Source: Callorhinchus milii
Taxonomy: Eukaryota
Length of the DNA: 64,000 bases
Assembly: GCF_018977255.1 (NCBI RefSeq)
Contig: NW_024704877.1
Location: 1-64,000 of the forward strand
Direction of reading: 5' to 3'
A program made the translations under genes and the position numbers. Each line of letters starts with the position of its first letter. Position 1 is the first letter of the stretch. Below, piece by piece: positions 49,901 through 63,630 of the stretch. The notes under the pieces are model-generated. The model was given only the letters and a program-made list of their open reading frames with translations. It was not told the origin of the DNA and ran no database searches.

Positions 49901-50699
49901 GCGTTTTGTTCGACCCTGAGCTGTCCTTTCTCCCTCACATCCGCACCACAACTGGCACCGCCTTCCATCACCTCCGGAACATCGCCAGACTACGGCATTA
50001 CCTCACCCCTCACGCTGCTGAAACCCTGGTTCACGCCTTTGTCACCTCAAGGCTGGACTATGGGAACTCTCTCCTCGCCGGCCTTCCCGCCACCTCCCTC
50101 CACAAGCTGCAGGTCATTCAGAACTCTGCAGCTCGTGTACTGTCCCGCACCAGGCGCTGCGACCACATCACTCCCACCCTCGCTCGCCTCCACTGGCTCC
50201 CCATCCCCCAGAGGATTGATTTCAAGATCCTCATCCTCACCTACAAGGCCATTCACGGCCTTGCTCCCTCCTACCTCTCCAACCTACTATCCCCCTACCT
50301 ACCTGCCCGTACCCTCCGTTCCTCTGGCTCCGGTCTGCTCCACGTCCCCCGCCCCAACCGCCCTACCATCGGTGGTCGGGCCTTCAGCCTCTCAGCCCCC
50401 AGGCTCTGGAACTCCATCCCCCAGTGCCTTCGCCTTGCTTCCTCCCTTTCCTCCTTCAAGGCCGGTCTCAAAACCCTTCTCTTTGACCGTGCCTTCAGCT
50501 CCCCTCTCGACTCTCTTCCCCCTCCTCGCTCCCTCCCTTCCCTCCCCTCACCCTGACCATTTCCCCCTCCTTGCTCCCTCCCTTCCCTCACCCTGACCAT
50601 TTCCCCCTGCTCGGGTCATGACCCAACTGTGCAGCGCCTTGGGAGGTCCTCCTGACGTGAAAGGCGCTTTATAAATGGAATCTTGTTGTTGTTGTTGTT
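46968..50699 (+). mobile_element. near full-length single-ORF L2-clade LINE (APE endonuclease + reverse transcriptase)
   Basis: ORF from ATG 47296: [32 protein letters not shown] (APE); [40 protein letters not shown] (RT); stop at 50556; (TTG)n tail. Two compensating 1-nt indels at ~49621 and ~49645 create TGA at 49624. Confidence 0.93.
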
Positions 50700-51168
50700 A
50701 GAACATGGCGATCTTCCTCGGCTCCAACAAAGAGATCATCCACTCTGCATTGACTCGCCAAACCCTACAACCTCCACCCACTTAACCCTCCAATATTGTC
50801 TCCGACAATCCTTCATTCCTATTAACAGATTTGTGCAACTCACGAACTCCTTCAAAAAGAAGAAGGTCCCAACCTCCTGAGGAGCAGCTACATAACTTGG
50901 CCCATCTACATGCTCTTAAGTGACGCTCCTTTTCGCAACCTGCTTTTCCTATCCAAGTGAATCATTCTTCGCTTCCTCGCTTTGCTCTTTCTTTTCCACG
51001 CAGTCACTCTCCCTGATTGATAACACTGTCCTGTTCAACATAAACAATGACATTGCTCCCATGTGTGACTCAGATGTTCTATGCCTCTCGGTTCTCATGG
51101 ACCGGTTGCCCCCAAAACATAATTGGCCATTCATTTGAAATATATATCTCCAAATAAAATACATAATT

Positions 51169-51705
51169 TTGTATTCTTGCCTGCCGATTGTCCTGTCATC
51201 TGGAATTGAAGATCGTCATCCTCGCCTTCGAATTAAGGATACTCATCATCGTCTACAAGGCCATTCACGGCCTTTCTCCCTGCTACCTCTCCGACCTACT
51301 ATCCCACTACCTACATACCCGAACACTCAGTTACTCTGGCTCCGGTCTGCTCCCCATCCCCGGCCCCAACCGCGCTACGATCGGTGGCAGAGCCTTCAGC
51401 CTCTCAGACCTCAGGCTCTGGAAATCTATCCTCCAGCGCCTTCACCTTGCTTCCTCTCTTTCCTCCTTCAAGGCCGGTCTCAAGACCTTTCTTTGACAGT
51501 GCCTTCAGCTCCCTTCTCAACTCTCTACACCCTCCTCGCCCCTTCCCTCCCCTCCCCTCGCCCTGACCATTTCCCAACTCCTCGCATCCTCCCTTCCCTC
51601 CCCTCACCCTGACTATTTCCCCCCTGCTCGGGTACTGATCCAACTGTCCAGCGCCTTAGGACGTCCTCCCGACGTGAAAGGAGCTCTATAAAGGTTGTTG
51701 TTGTT
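51169..51705 (+). mobile_element. older L2 3' fragment
   Basis: KIVILA...YKAIHGLSPCYLSDLL...GGRAFSLS...SSFKAGLKTFL plus tail. Confidence 0.8.
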
Positions 51706-51739
51706 GTCGTTTCCTATTCCTGTCCTCTCTTGTTTTCTT

Positions 51740-51870
51740 TCATTGGTGTTATGCCGAACGGTCGTGGACCCGAAACGTTGACGCACTTTCAATTCTACAT
51801 AGATCTGTACTGCTAGGTGTTCAAAAAGACTTCTGTTTTTGTTTATAGATTTCCAGCTTCTGCAGTATTA
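51740..51870 (+). mobile_element. Penelope-like element terminal-repeat remnant
   Basis: GACCCGAAACGTTGAC...TTCTGTTTTTGTTTATAGATTTCCAGCTTCTGCAGT resembles shark Penelope-like terminal repeats as recalled from memory. Confidence 0.45.
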
Positions 51871-53626
51871 TGCGATTTGTTCCATTGATGTGCCACCCGT
51901 TTGCCTATAAGACTGCAAGTCCTTGGTGAGCGCTTGAGGTCAGCGACTGCTTGACTTAAGATCTCTGCTGCCAGAAGCTGACAGAATGGACCAGCATGAA
52001 TTGTGCAGTTGGTTTAGAATCTGAATAACTTGTTGGACTCCACAAATGTCCTTTAAGCCGCATATGTCGTGCTTCGAATCACTTCCAATCTGTAACATGG
52101 GCCTTCCACGCATCTACCTTTCAACTGGCGCCCACCAGAACCTCATCTTTGCATATGTCACACCGATGTCTCAATGGCGAACTTGTTCCCCTGCTCTGAA
52201 CCTCGGTTCTCCAGTTATTATCCAAGCTATTGCCGCCAGTGACCTTTCGCGCACTGGGCCTAATGAGCCTTTCACTACACTTCCTTCTCGAATCTCTTCC
52301 CTCCCCTTTCCCAAACAGATTGAATCTACGATCCTTCTCACCCCAACTCTGGAACCTTCTCAAAACCTGCCAACATGGCGCCCCATACCTGCTCTTCGCT
52401 TCAACGTTCGTCTCTTTTGACGTCGTTTTCCTTATCAATCAACTCTCCACACTGCTCTACTCCCAACGAATGCTCGCCTGGACAGCTGTGAAGCGAATAG
52501 GCTTGGGAACTCTATCCCCCAGTGCCTTCGCCTTGCTTCCACCCTTTTCACCTTCAAAGCCGGTCTCAAGACCTTTCTCTTTGACCGAGCCCGCTATGGA
52601 ATTGTAAATGCGTGTTGCATTACTGTTTAAAGTTCCCGTGACACATTCCCGTCTTTTCAAATGAGAAGTTGAGATGAGGTCCCATTTACTTGTCGAGCTG
52701 GACTTCTAAGGTTGGCTTTGGCACTTTTCGGTCCAATGAGGTAAAATGTACCACTGTTCCACTCAGCCGTCCATGTCGTTTCAAGTACTCAAAGCATAGA
52801 ACCACAGACACTAATGGGGAGAGCCTCGAGATGCCAGTTTCATTCTCCCTGGCGCAGATATGGTTAAAATGAGCCTCAATAGAAGTTTTAAAAATTATGC
52901 CCCTGACCCTTTATTATCGTGGCCATCTACTTTGCTTCCAAGTCTCTTATGTGGCGCCTTATCGAACGCCTTTTGAAAATCCATACAATCGAAATCAATT
53001 GCACAGCCGTCATCAACTATCTCGATACTTCATCTAAAATCTCTATCATGTTTTTTTTAGCCACGATTTGCCTTTAACAAATCCGAATTGGTTGTCCTTT
53101 ATTAACCCATATTTTTCTCAGTGAAGACTTGTCTTATCGTGACTATGGTCTCAAGAAATTTCCCCTCTACTAATGTTCAACGCACTGTCCGGTAGTTCCT
53201 GGGTATATACTTATGCGCTTTTCTGTACAGGGAAGTAAAATTTGCATTCCTCCAGTCTTCTACCAACACCCAAGTGTCCAAGGAGCAATGAAAGATTGTG
53301 GTCAGAGCCTCCCTTATTTCCATCGTTGTTTCCTTCAGAAACCGAGGTTGCATCCAGTCCAGACCGATTGGGTTATCTTCTTTATCTACTTTGAGTACTG
53401 TCAGGCGTTTCAGTCACTCCTATCGGTTTATTCTTATCTGATCCAATTAATTTATACCCTCCGCCGATAATGTGGCTTTCGCTGCATCCTTAAATTTTGG
53501 GATGATCGATGCAAAGTACGCATTCGATACGTCAGCAATGCCCTCTGCCTCCACAAGAAGATTTCATATTTGGTCCTTAATTGGACCCACCCTACCTTTG
53601 AGTAACCTTTTATTCTTTATATGCTT

Positions 53627-53955
53627 ATAATAATAATAATAATAATAATAATCCTTGCATTTGATATAGCGCTTTTCACGTCGGAGGACGTCCCAAAGCG
53701 CTTCACAGAATAACTGTAAAGTGAATTGACTGTATATTTGTGGGCGAACGCGGCAGCCAATTGCGCACAACAATGTCACACAAACAGTCGTAGATTGGAA
53801 ATGACCAATTTATTATTGTTTTGTTTTTTGGAGGGATTATTATTAGGCGTGTGGAGTAAGGAAACTTGCCCAAGGTTTCGCCCTCTGCCTGGAACTGAAC
53901 TCAGTTCTCTCGCTTGCAAAGCGAGTGCTCTTACCACTGAGCTACAGGACTCCAC
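53627..53955 (-). mobile_element. full-length tRNA-Ala-derived SINE (same family as 27564-27880)
   Basis: GTGGAGTCCTGTAGCTCAGTGGTAAGAGCACTCGCTTTGCAAGCGAGAG head; L2-like tail and (TTA)n. Confidence 0.85.
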
Positions 53956-54229
53956 ATAAAATAGCATTGGGCTACACACTAATCTTTTCTCATATAATCT
54001 ATTTGCCCAACATGTATTATTTTTCTGTTCTCCTCTATACTTTCTGTAAACTGCTTGATTATCTTCTGAACTTTAGACGTGAAAATATTCATCATACGAC
54101 TCCTTTTTCTATTTTATTTTAATCCCAAATTCCAGTTGCCCTACCATTCCCCTTTGTGGGAAAGAGTTTGTTCTTTCCGAGAACTATTTACTCCTTGAAT
54201 GCTTCCCATTGCTCGTTGGAACACAAGTA

Positions 54230-55710
54230 CATATGAACATAAGAAATAGTAGGCCGATCGAGCCTGACCCGCCATTTGATAAGATCATGGCTCATATTGC
54301 AACCTGGTTCGGTTTACCCGCTTTATTCCCATATCCCTTAATCCCAATAACTTGTAAAAATGTATCGATGTAAGAGTTCAATATGTTCAATGACTGGGCA
54401 CCGACAGCTTTCTTTGTTTGTTAATTCCATAAATTCACTAAACTCTGAATGAAGAAATGTTTTCTCAACGCAGTTCTAACTGGATGATGTTTAATTCGGA
54501 TACTATGGCACTCCAGTTTTACGTTCTACAACGAGGAAAACAGTCGCATAATATATCTGCACTGTCAAGATCCTTAAGAATCTCATAGGTTTCCATAAGA
54601 TCACCTCTAATTCTACTGCGTTCTAGAGAACATAGGCCAAGTCAACATATCCTCGAAGGACAGCTCCCTCACCCAGGAAACAACCGATTGAACCATTGTT
54701 TTACACGCTCTAAGGCGAGTGTATTCCTTTCTTAGATAAGTAGACCAAAACTGCGCACAATATTCGAGATGCGGTCTCACCTAGACCCTCTACCATTGTA
54801 GCAAGTATTCCCTCCTCTTGTACATTAGCCACTTTGTCATGAAATGTGACATGCTATGAGACTTTCTAATTGCTTGCTGTACTTGTATACTAACTTTCTG
54901 TGATTGTTGGACAAGGACACGAAAATCCCTCTGAACCTTAACACTCCAAATCTCTTCCTCTATTCTCCGTCTGCCATCTTCTTGCCCACTCACCGAGACT
55001 TTCTATTTCCTTTTGCATTCTTCTTTTGCCATCTTCATAGCTTGCTCTGCAACTTCTCTTCGTATCGTCCGCGAATTTAGATATGATACGTTCTATTCCC
55101 TTATCTAAATCATTCATATGCACTGCAGATAATGGAGGCCCAGGCACTGATCCTTCTAGCATTACACTAGTCACATCCGGCCAATCTGAGAAGTAGACAT
55201 TTATCTCTACTCTTTGTTTTCTTCCTGTGGACCACTCTCCAATCCATGCTAGTAGATTAGCTTTAATTCCGTGGGCTCTCATTTTATGCAGCAATCTATC
55301 ATGCGGCAGCTTGTCGAATGCCTTCTGTAAATCCAAATACAACACACCTACTCCCCCCGATCTAACTTGCTAGTTCATTCTCGAACATCTCTAAAAAAAA
55401 TTGTAATCACGAGTTCCCTTTCGTAAAGCCATACTGACGCCGCCTAATCTCTCTGATTTTCTAAATGCCCCACGATAATGCCACTAATTGAGCGCTCCAG
55501 AATTTTTCCGACCACTAATATCAAACAAGCGTTCTCCAGTTTTTTGTCCCCTCCCTTCTTAAAAATCAGCGTTACTTTTTCGACCTTCAAGTAAATGGGA
55601 ACCATCCCAGATTCCTCAGAATTTTGGTCAACCCTTAAACCATTGAAACATGAATTGACATTTTTTATCGGCGCAACTAAAACTGGAATTATTTTTTTCA
55701 TCAAGAAACA
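54230..55710 (-). mobile_element. CR1-clade LINE RT fragment, degenerate
   Basis: YLDLQKAFDKLPHDRLLHKMRAHGI...ISKFADDTK; VTLIFKKGG. Confidence 0.8.
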
Positions 55711-56779
55711 GAAGCAACACTGAGTATATAAACATACAATAATTTGTGTCTAACTCTCATTGAAGATTGTGATGTACCTTCAAGGCCGGTCTCAAGATCC
55801 TTTTCTTCGATCGTGCCTTCGGTTGCCCTCCCACTTCTCTTCCTTCCCTCACCCATATTCCATCCCTCCCCCATGTTCGAGTCCTGACTCCTGACTGTCC
55901 AGCGACTGGGAACATCCTCCCTACGGGAATAATTTTGTTGTTTTTGTTGTTGTTTTTACCAATACAGCCATGGCACACACATTTATTTTGAAATAAATTA
56001 TCTTAATTAAATTTGATTGTTCAACATATTATTTATTAATTCTATAATAATATCCAAAATATAAGATAGAAATTCGGTTAAATTGGCAACGATAAATTCA
56101 TCAGCAATACAAGTTCTTAATTTCTTTCTTGAGGGCGAGTTTGCCCGTATTTCTTTAGAATAAATGATCTTTAAAAAAATTGATTATTTCATGTATTATT
56201 CAAATTCTACAGTAATATCAAAAACGTAAGATGACAAAATCAGTTAAATAGATCAGTACTGTCCATTACACCCAAAACTCCTCGCGTCAAGCAATCCCAG
56301 AGCCTCAGCATTTGAGTCGATGGACAAATGGCGCGTATCAACGCAATCGGAAAAAAGACCTTTGAATCAGCAGTCGGCATTTGAAATTTCGCTAATTGTA
56401 TACAAAGGTGGTGTTTTGTTGAAAGAAATGGAGTGTTGCTCAGTAAGAACAGAGCTTATTATCTGAAGAGGATTAATATTTTCGGGAATGTTTCAATAAA
56501 TGTTGCGTTTTTTTTCTGAACTAATAGTATACAATCAATCTTGGTCTAATTCACTATGTGATAAGCAATCATACAGATGCTTTATTGAAATCTATCACGA
56601 ACAAGATCATCCCCCTTGATTCAAACGTTGTGGAGTAAAAGCTGCCTCAGCTGTTCCTTCATTGGAAATTAAAGTTATCTTTGCTTCAAAGTGTCAACGC
56701 AAAACCGTTACCAATGCTGTGTCCAATTGAACCAAAAGCAGAGCGTCGGAAATTAATGGTGACTTTGACGCAGCTGATT

Positions 56780-57200
56780 TGTTCAAGATCCTCGTCCTCA
56801 CCTTTGAGGCCATCCATGGCCTTGCCCCTCCTACCTCACTGAACTGCTGACTCCCTACCAACCTGCCCACTCCCTTCCTTCAGCGGGCTCCGGTCTGCTC
56901 CATGTCTCCCGCCCGACCCGCCCTCACATCGGTGGTCGGGCTTTCAGCCTCTCTGCCCCCACACTCTAGAACTCCATCCCCCGGTCCCCTCGCCTCGCTT
57001 CCTCCCTTGCCTCCTTCAAGGCAGGTCTCAAGACCCTTCTCTTCGACCGTGCACTTTGGTTGCACTACCACATCTCTGCCTTGCCTCACCCACAGACCAA
57101 CCCTCCCCCATGCTCGGGTCCCGAAACCTTACTGTTCAGCTCTTTGGGACGTCCTTCCCACGTGAAATTTGCTCTAGAAATGTAATTTTGTTGTTTTTGT
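56780..57200 (+). mobile_element. L2 3' fragment
   Basis: TTCAAGATCCTCGTCCTCACCTTTGAGGCCATCCATGGCC...GGTGGTCGGGCTTTCAGC...tail. Confidence 0.75.
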
Positions 57201-59510
57201 GTTCACCTTGTTTTTTCTTCCTCCAAATGTTTATGGTCATCGTTCTCGGGATGGTTCAAAACCCGTTCCCGCGGACCTCCTGTGACTTAACAGTGGTTTC
57301 CTCCTTGGGGAGGGAAAGAATCGTGGACAACAAGAGCTGAATTGGATCGAGAGGGTCGATGTTGCAGAAAATAAGTTAAAGCATGAACGCACAGAGTTGT
57401 CTGTGTTCGGCAAGAAACTTGCCAATCAGTGCTTTCATTGACAAGCTTTGGAATATTAAACTGAGTTGCCGTAGCACCCCTGCGAACCTGCGCCTACAGC
57501 TCAACGGAATTAGGGATACAAGATATATTCTGAGATATTGATTTCCATGAAGATCTGCGATGTATGCAATTCCTTGTACGTTTACAATATGTGCTGCCCA
57601 GCGATTTGAGACGTCCTCTCCACATGAATTGCACTGTAACAGGGTTAAAATTTTATTTTGAAAGCCACCATGTAACCATTCTTGTTTTTGCACTCAATTG
57701 ATTGTTCGATGATAAACTTCCAACAATAAATTGAAACACTCCTCGTCTTTTCTTCGCTTCGTTGCTAACTAACTTGGATTCGTGTTTGTCAGTCAGTTAC
57801 ACACTGACTGTTCAACATCAAAAGCAATGTAAGGCAGAAAATGATTTACTTCACGAAAAATTTTAACAGGACACTGAATAACTCAATCAACTGTAGTGTT
57901 TAAAGAAGGTGCTGTTAACGAATATTATTCAACGTAAATGTTTCAGCAATGAGACTTGTTAAATAATAATACAAACAATAACCGATGCATTTGCTATAGC
58001 GCTTTTCGTGGCTTCTGGAAGTCAAAGATTCACAGAATTTTCGGAAAAGTGAATTGACGGTATATTTGGATATATTTGCAGTGCCCAATTAAGCACCGCA
58101 GTAACCCACAATTCCTCAAGCACTAAAATACCGACTGTCACAGTGCACGCTAACCTTTCGACGTTTTATGTCTTGTGATAGTGATTGACTTTATTGCAGT
58201 GGATTCATTATACTGTGGTGTTACCTCTTATTGCGCAACAATATTCTGAGACTGCAAATCAATTCAGGTTGATGTTCTGCAGATATTATGTCCTGTTTGA
58301 CACGGCATACAAAAACGTCAAACGTTTAATCACATTATACGTAGCAAACAGTCAACATTCTAACGTCAGTATCTATATATGAGCCGAGGGCACAAAATTA
58401 GGAAGCGTAGATAATGGATATAAATTACAGGCGATAAAAAACAATCAGGTGGTCAACATCATTGGTCAACAGTTGAGCAGAAACTTGTGAGTAGAGAACT
58501 GAAAGACAGTGTTGTAAGAACACAACCCTTTTAAATTCTCTTATCATCAATTTTAATAAAGATTTGACACTTTTCTTCAGTCACCGATTAATGACTCTTT
58601 CCTCCGACTCTAAATTACAACTTATTTCTTTCAATCACAACATTCATGATATTATGCTGGAAGTTGCACTGCAGAGTTAAATCAACTAAGGCATCCTCTC
58701 CCCATATTCATCGCCGTTTTCGAAACTTATTTCCATGACCATTCCATTCTTATACAGTATCCAATTCCCAATGGTCGATTGGTTGTTTGATGCATATGAC
58801 TAATGTGAGCACGCGCCTCACAAGCGAGAGAAATAATTTCGATTCCGGCAGGGTGAAACATTTGCAAGTTTCCTTGCTCCACACGCCTCTCCTTACAAGG
58901 CGGTAGAGAGGAAACCTCCTGTTAGTTGACTGTCGGATCTCTTTTCCAGTGGAAATAAATGCTACATTAAAAGAAGGTAATAAATCTGTCACTCAATACA
59001 CAACTATTTGTGGGACACTGTTGTGTCGAACTGGTTGCCGAGTTTCGACCAAAATACATGCAGTCAATCCATTTTACCGAACATTTTGTGAAGCGCTTGG
59101 AGACGTCGATCAGAGATAATAAAAAGCTACGACAAACGCCAGGATTATTAAAATAGATATTTTTGGGGAGATTTCAACATCTCCTGGAATCCTTCATCCT
59201 AAGCGATAGATGATGTGCAAGTAGAAATTAATTATGTCCTCTTCCTTTATGTCAGAAGGCCCATGGCCTCGTTTGCTTGTTTGGTTCTTTTGACCCAGGA
59301 ACACTCCATCCTCTTTGATCGCATTCCTTCCCTCCACCTTTACATGCTTCCAATTATTAGCATCATCTACATTCTTGGAGTCAGTATCCACATCCATGAG
59401 GAAGACACATATATCTACTTTCCCATTTCAATTTGCGAAACAGCCACTAATATTGGCTACCGTTGCTTGCCGGACATCACGAACGAATTGTTCACCTGTG
59501 TAGAAGGGTC

Positions 59511-60865
59511 ATAGGATCATAGAACCATAGAATCGTACAGCACAGAAAGAAGCCATGCGGCCCATCGAGTTTGTCAAGGCTCTTCGAACAGAGCAATTAA
59601 TGTCACTCCAACTCCCCAGCCCTTTCCCCATAACCTGCAAATCCGTCCTCATCAAATGCCTTACAGATTCGAACATCTCGCCGAGTGAAAAAAATTCTTC
59701 TCACCTCCCCTCTGTTTCGTTTGGAGAATATTTAGAATTTGTGAACTCGACTCACCGACACAACCACCAGTGGAAAAGGTTTTTCCCTTTCTAACCTATC
59801 AAATCCCCTCATGATTTTGAAGACCTCTAGTAGGTCTCCTCGTAACCTTCTCTGCCCCAATGAGAATAATCCTAGCCTCAATAGCCTCTCCTCGTAATCA
59901 AGGTCGCTCATTCCTGGTGCCATTCTTGTAAATCTCCTCTGCAACATTTCCAATGCCTTAACATCCTTCATAGAGTTTGGTGCCCAAAACTGGGCGCAGT
60001 ATTCTAACTGAGGCCTAACCAATATTTTATATAGGTAAATCATAACCTCCTGACTCTTGCACTCTCTGCCCCTATATAACATCTATTGTACCATATGCCC
60101 TTTGCATAACTTTATCTACCTGTCCTGTCACCTTCAATGATTCATTTTCCTGCACCCCTAGGTCTCTCTGTTCTTTTACCCACCTTAAGTTTGAATTACC
60201 CAGTCGATATTGCCTCCCTTCTTTCTTTCTACCAAAATCCATTACCTTACATTTCTCCACTCATTTTCCATGTGTCTGCCCATGTTACCATTCTGCCTAT
60301 ATCTTCCTGCAATTGGCTACTATCCTCCTCACTGTTTACTACCCTACCTCACTTGGTGTCGTCCGCAAACTTGGAAATAGTGCTTGCTATACCCAAGTCC
60401 AGATCATTTTTGTATATTAAGAAGAGCAGTGGTCCTAATACCGATCCCCGAGGGACGCCACTGTACACTTTCCTCCAGTCAGAAAAGCAAGCGTACACCA
60501 CAACACTCTGCTTTCTGTCTCCCATCCAGTTCTGGATCCATGCTGCCACTTTCAGTTTTATACCGTTGGCTTCTATCTTTCTTGCAAATCTTTCAAGTGC
60601 ACTTTGTCAAATACATTTTGAAAGTCCATATGAACAACGTCAATTGCACTACTTTTGTCAACCCTCTCCGTTACCTCATCGAAAATTTTTATTAGATTTG
60701 TTAGACAAGATTTACCTATAAAAAATCGATGCTGACTGACCCTAATTAACCCATATTCTTCTAAGTGAAGGTTTAATCTGTCCCGCATTATAGTCTCCAG
60801 GAGTTTCCCCACTCCTGGTGTTAGACTGACTGACCAGTAGTTCCCAGACCTTCTGCATGTCCGCT
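59511..60865 (-). mobile_element. CR1-clade LINE RT/3' fragment, degenerate
   Basis: [59 protein letters not shown]; CR1-type CATAGAA tail repeats. Confidence 0.85.
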
Positions 60866-61379
60866 GTTCCACGATTGGTGAATACTCTTCCCACTACCCA
60901 GCCAATCTGTGTCCAAAACACCCTTCATCTATTATTCCGCCTTGCTCCTTCCCTCCACTTGAACAGGTGGAGCCTGAAGACATTACTAATCCACTCTGCC
61001 TACTTTGACCCCTTGACTTCCCCACCATCTCGGCGTTGAGCTCCGCCAGTACCAAGCATTGCAATGTGATGCTGTGCCAATGCAAATTGCTGTTCTTGTT
61101 GACACGTTAAATATGGGGCCTCTTGTGAGGGGTTTTAGTCGCACACATGTTTCAAACTCCAAACTGACAGCGCCTCCATCAACAGGTCATTACTGGCCGA
61201 AGCGCTTACCTCCCTCTGGCAGGGCAGGTTCCCATATTTATCACCGATGCAAATCACTGATCCTAGCCTTTGGAAATGGGCAACAGCAAGATCTCTCCAT
61301 TAAACACAAGAGTATGGAAACACAAAGGAGAATGTTTTGGACCTAGGTCCTACGTATACTTACGAAATTACACATCCTC

Positions 61380-61745
61380 ATTTCTGCGTTCTGCTGACCC
61401 CATAACAACCTGTTTCTCACTCTGCTTAGCAAGCTCTGGCATTTTACATGAGCAGCCCCCACCTCCCCCCCACCGAGATTCACCCCACTATCGGCGGTGG
61501 TGCCTTCAGCCTTTCTGCCCCTACCCCATGGAACTCTATCCCACATTAATTTCTTGCTTCCTTGAAGTTGAGACTCTATACTCTCCAGTTTTACGAAGCC
61601 TTCGTTCACCCCTCTTACAGGCCCTGCCCTCCATCCTCCCGAATCCGGAACCACAGCTCAGGTGAAAATCCCTGATTTTCCAGCGCCTTGGGATCCATTC
61701 CGATGTGAAAGCCGTTATACAAATGGAATTTTGTATTGTATTGTA
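61380..61745 (+). mobile_element. L2 3' fragment
   Basis: ATCGGCGGTGGTGCCTTCAGC...CAGCGCCTTGGGATCCATTCCGATGTGAAAGCC tail. Confidence 0.65.
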
Positions 61746-62158
61746 TCATTTGACCTTTTCCTGCTCTCTGTATATTGACCAAATGTATCAACCAGGAGAG
61801 CAGTTAAACCTCAGATAATTTGCAACATCAGTCACATGCGCATAAAAAATAAAATGTCGAGGTCACAAATAAAAGCATTTGCTAATCTAATTTATTGAAT
61901 CTAACTTCCTTATTGAACAGATTTTGCTGCACAATAGATTTTGAGTTACACAATGATAAGAATGCAGGAAAATGATAACTGAAACATGTTGCTGACGTGT
62001 CTGAAGTTGTTTGTTCCACCATCCGTTACTAATGCGATGATCACATCATATCTCAATCTCCATGGAGTTTCCCAAAGGCTACAAATATGTGACAGCATTA
62101 CCTCAACGTGGCAGAAAGTGCTGCTCTATCTCAGCAAATGATATCGCTGCTGTGAAAG

Positions 62159-63630
62159 ATGCCACGACGATCTAAACTTTTGAAGATACAAGAAATTTAT
62201 TATCCTGTTATTGTAGCAGTTGGAATTCCTGGTGAGTTAAATCACTGCTAGAAATTACTGCTGGTTTCCTGTAGTTCAGGGTTTAGACCACTCTCCGAGC
62301 AAGCAAAATGACTGCGTTCGTGTCCCAGCAAGGGTAAACGGTCGGCAAGTTTCCATACTCCACTTGCCCTACTCTCTCGATCTCTCCCCATAGTCCAGCA
62401 CACTTGTGCTCCCCGCATATCAATGCAATGCTGCTCAAATGCCTTCCTCGCCTTTGGCTCGTGCCCACTGATTTACCTATCGCACTCCTTGAAGGTCTCC
62501 CTATTTCTGCACAATAATACACTGAATTTAACTTGTCACTGAACAAGCCTAGTGTACCGTTTTGTAATGGCTTAATTCTGTTATAAACAACTCCCTATTA
62601 GAACACGCGAGCACCGCTTAATTTCACTTCATGATTGTTTCACTGATGTTTTTACAGACAGACTGGTCAGCATATAACTCCGCAGGTCAGGTTTTAATTA
62701 AATTATCTGTTTTTCTTTCTTGCAGTTAATTTACTGGCGATAGGGATCCTCTCCCGAGGAAAGTGCGGACTGTCCAAGTGTATCACCCGCTACCTGGTGG
62801 CCATGGCAGCGGCGGATCTGTCTGTCATTTTCTCCGACGTAATCCTGAAACAGATTGGTGAGATTTATTTACTTACCTCATATTTGTTCTACACTCCTGT
62901 CTGCAGCTTCATTCATGTCATTTCTGCAGCCGCCGTGGACTCTGCTGTGTGGCTAACCGTGGCTTTCACTTTTGATCGCTTTGTGGCCATCTGTTGTCAG
63001 AAACTGAAACAAAAATACTGCACTGAGAGAACAGCGTCTGTGGTTATTGGGACTTTAAGTGCGTTACTCTGCTTGGAAAATATTCCCATTTATTTTACAT
63101 TCTACTCTTACGGTAGTATTCATCACATACCCTGGGGCTGCATTGCCAAAGTGAACATTCGCTATCAGCCCGCGTGGATCGCTTTTTATTGGTTTGAACA
63201 GATTTTGGTCCCTTTGCTCCCATTCGTGTTGATTTTGCTGCTCAACGCTCTGACCGTCAGACACATTCTTGTGGCCAGTCGAGTCCGCACCAAACTGCGG
63301 GTCTGCAGCAGCAGCGCTGATCATCGCAATGATCCGCAAATGGAGAACAGAAAGAAATCAATCATTTTACTGTTCACTATATCACTCAGTTTTATATTGT
63401 TGTGGGTGACATCTGTTGCACATTACATACTTACAGAGTTACAGGAGTTTACAATCAAGGGGCTTCTATAACCCTTTGATAATGTTTGAAGAAGCAGGTT
63501 TTATGCTTCAGCTGCTGAGTTCCTGCACAAACACAGCCATCTATGCCAGACCCAGACCAAATTCAGAGAGGAGCTGAAGAATGCAGTTAAATATCCTTTT
63601 ACAATGATTAGTAAATATTTTGAACAGTGA
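62159..63630 (+). pseudogene. GPR139/142-like class A GPCR, two exons (62159-62231, 62726-63630), with two frameshifts in the TM7 region
   Basis: MPRRSKLLKIQEIYYPVIVAVGIP-V-NLLAIGILSRGKCGLSKCITRYLVAMAAADL...AFTFDRFVAIC...; TAA at 63469-63471. The TM7 sequence (GFMLQLLSSCTNTAIYA) is in a shifted frame, and TQTKFREELKNAVKYPF...* returns to the original frame after a second indel at ~63548. GT/AG phase-1 intron. Confidence 0.8.

Noticed and set aside
47432-50600. Numerous long alternative-frame and antisense ORFs over the LINE
   Set aside because: Shadow ORFs of the C-rich L2 coding sequence.
7960-53955. Many tRNA-like sequences (A/B boxes, Ala anticodon arm)
   Set aside because: They lack a proper acceptor stem and continue into SINE body; these are SINE heads, not tRNA genes.
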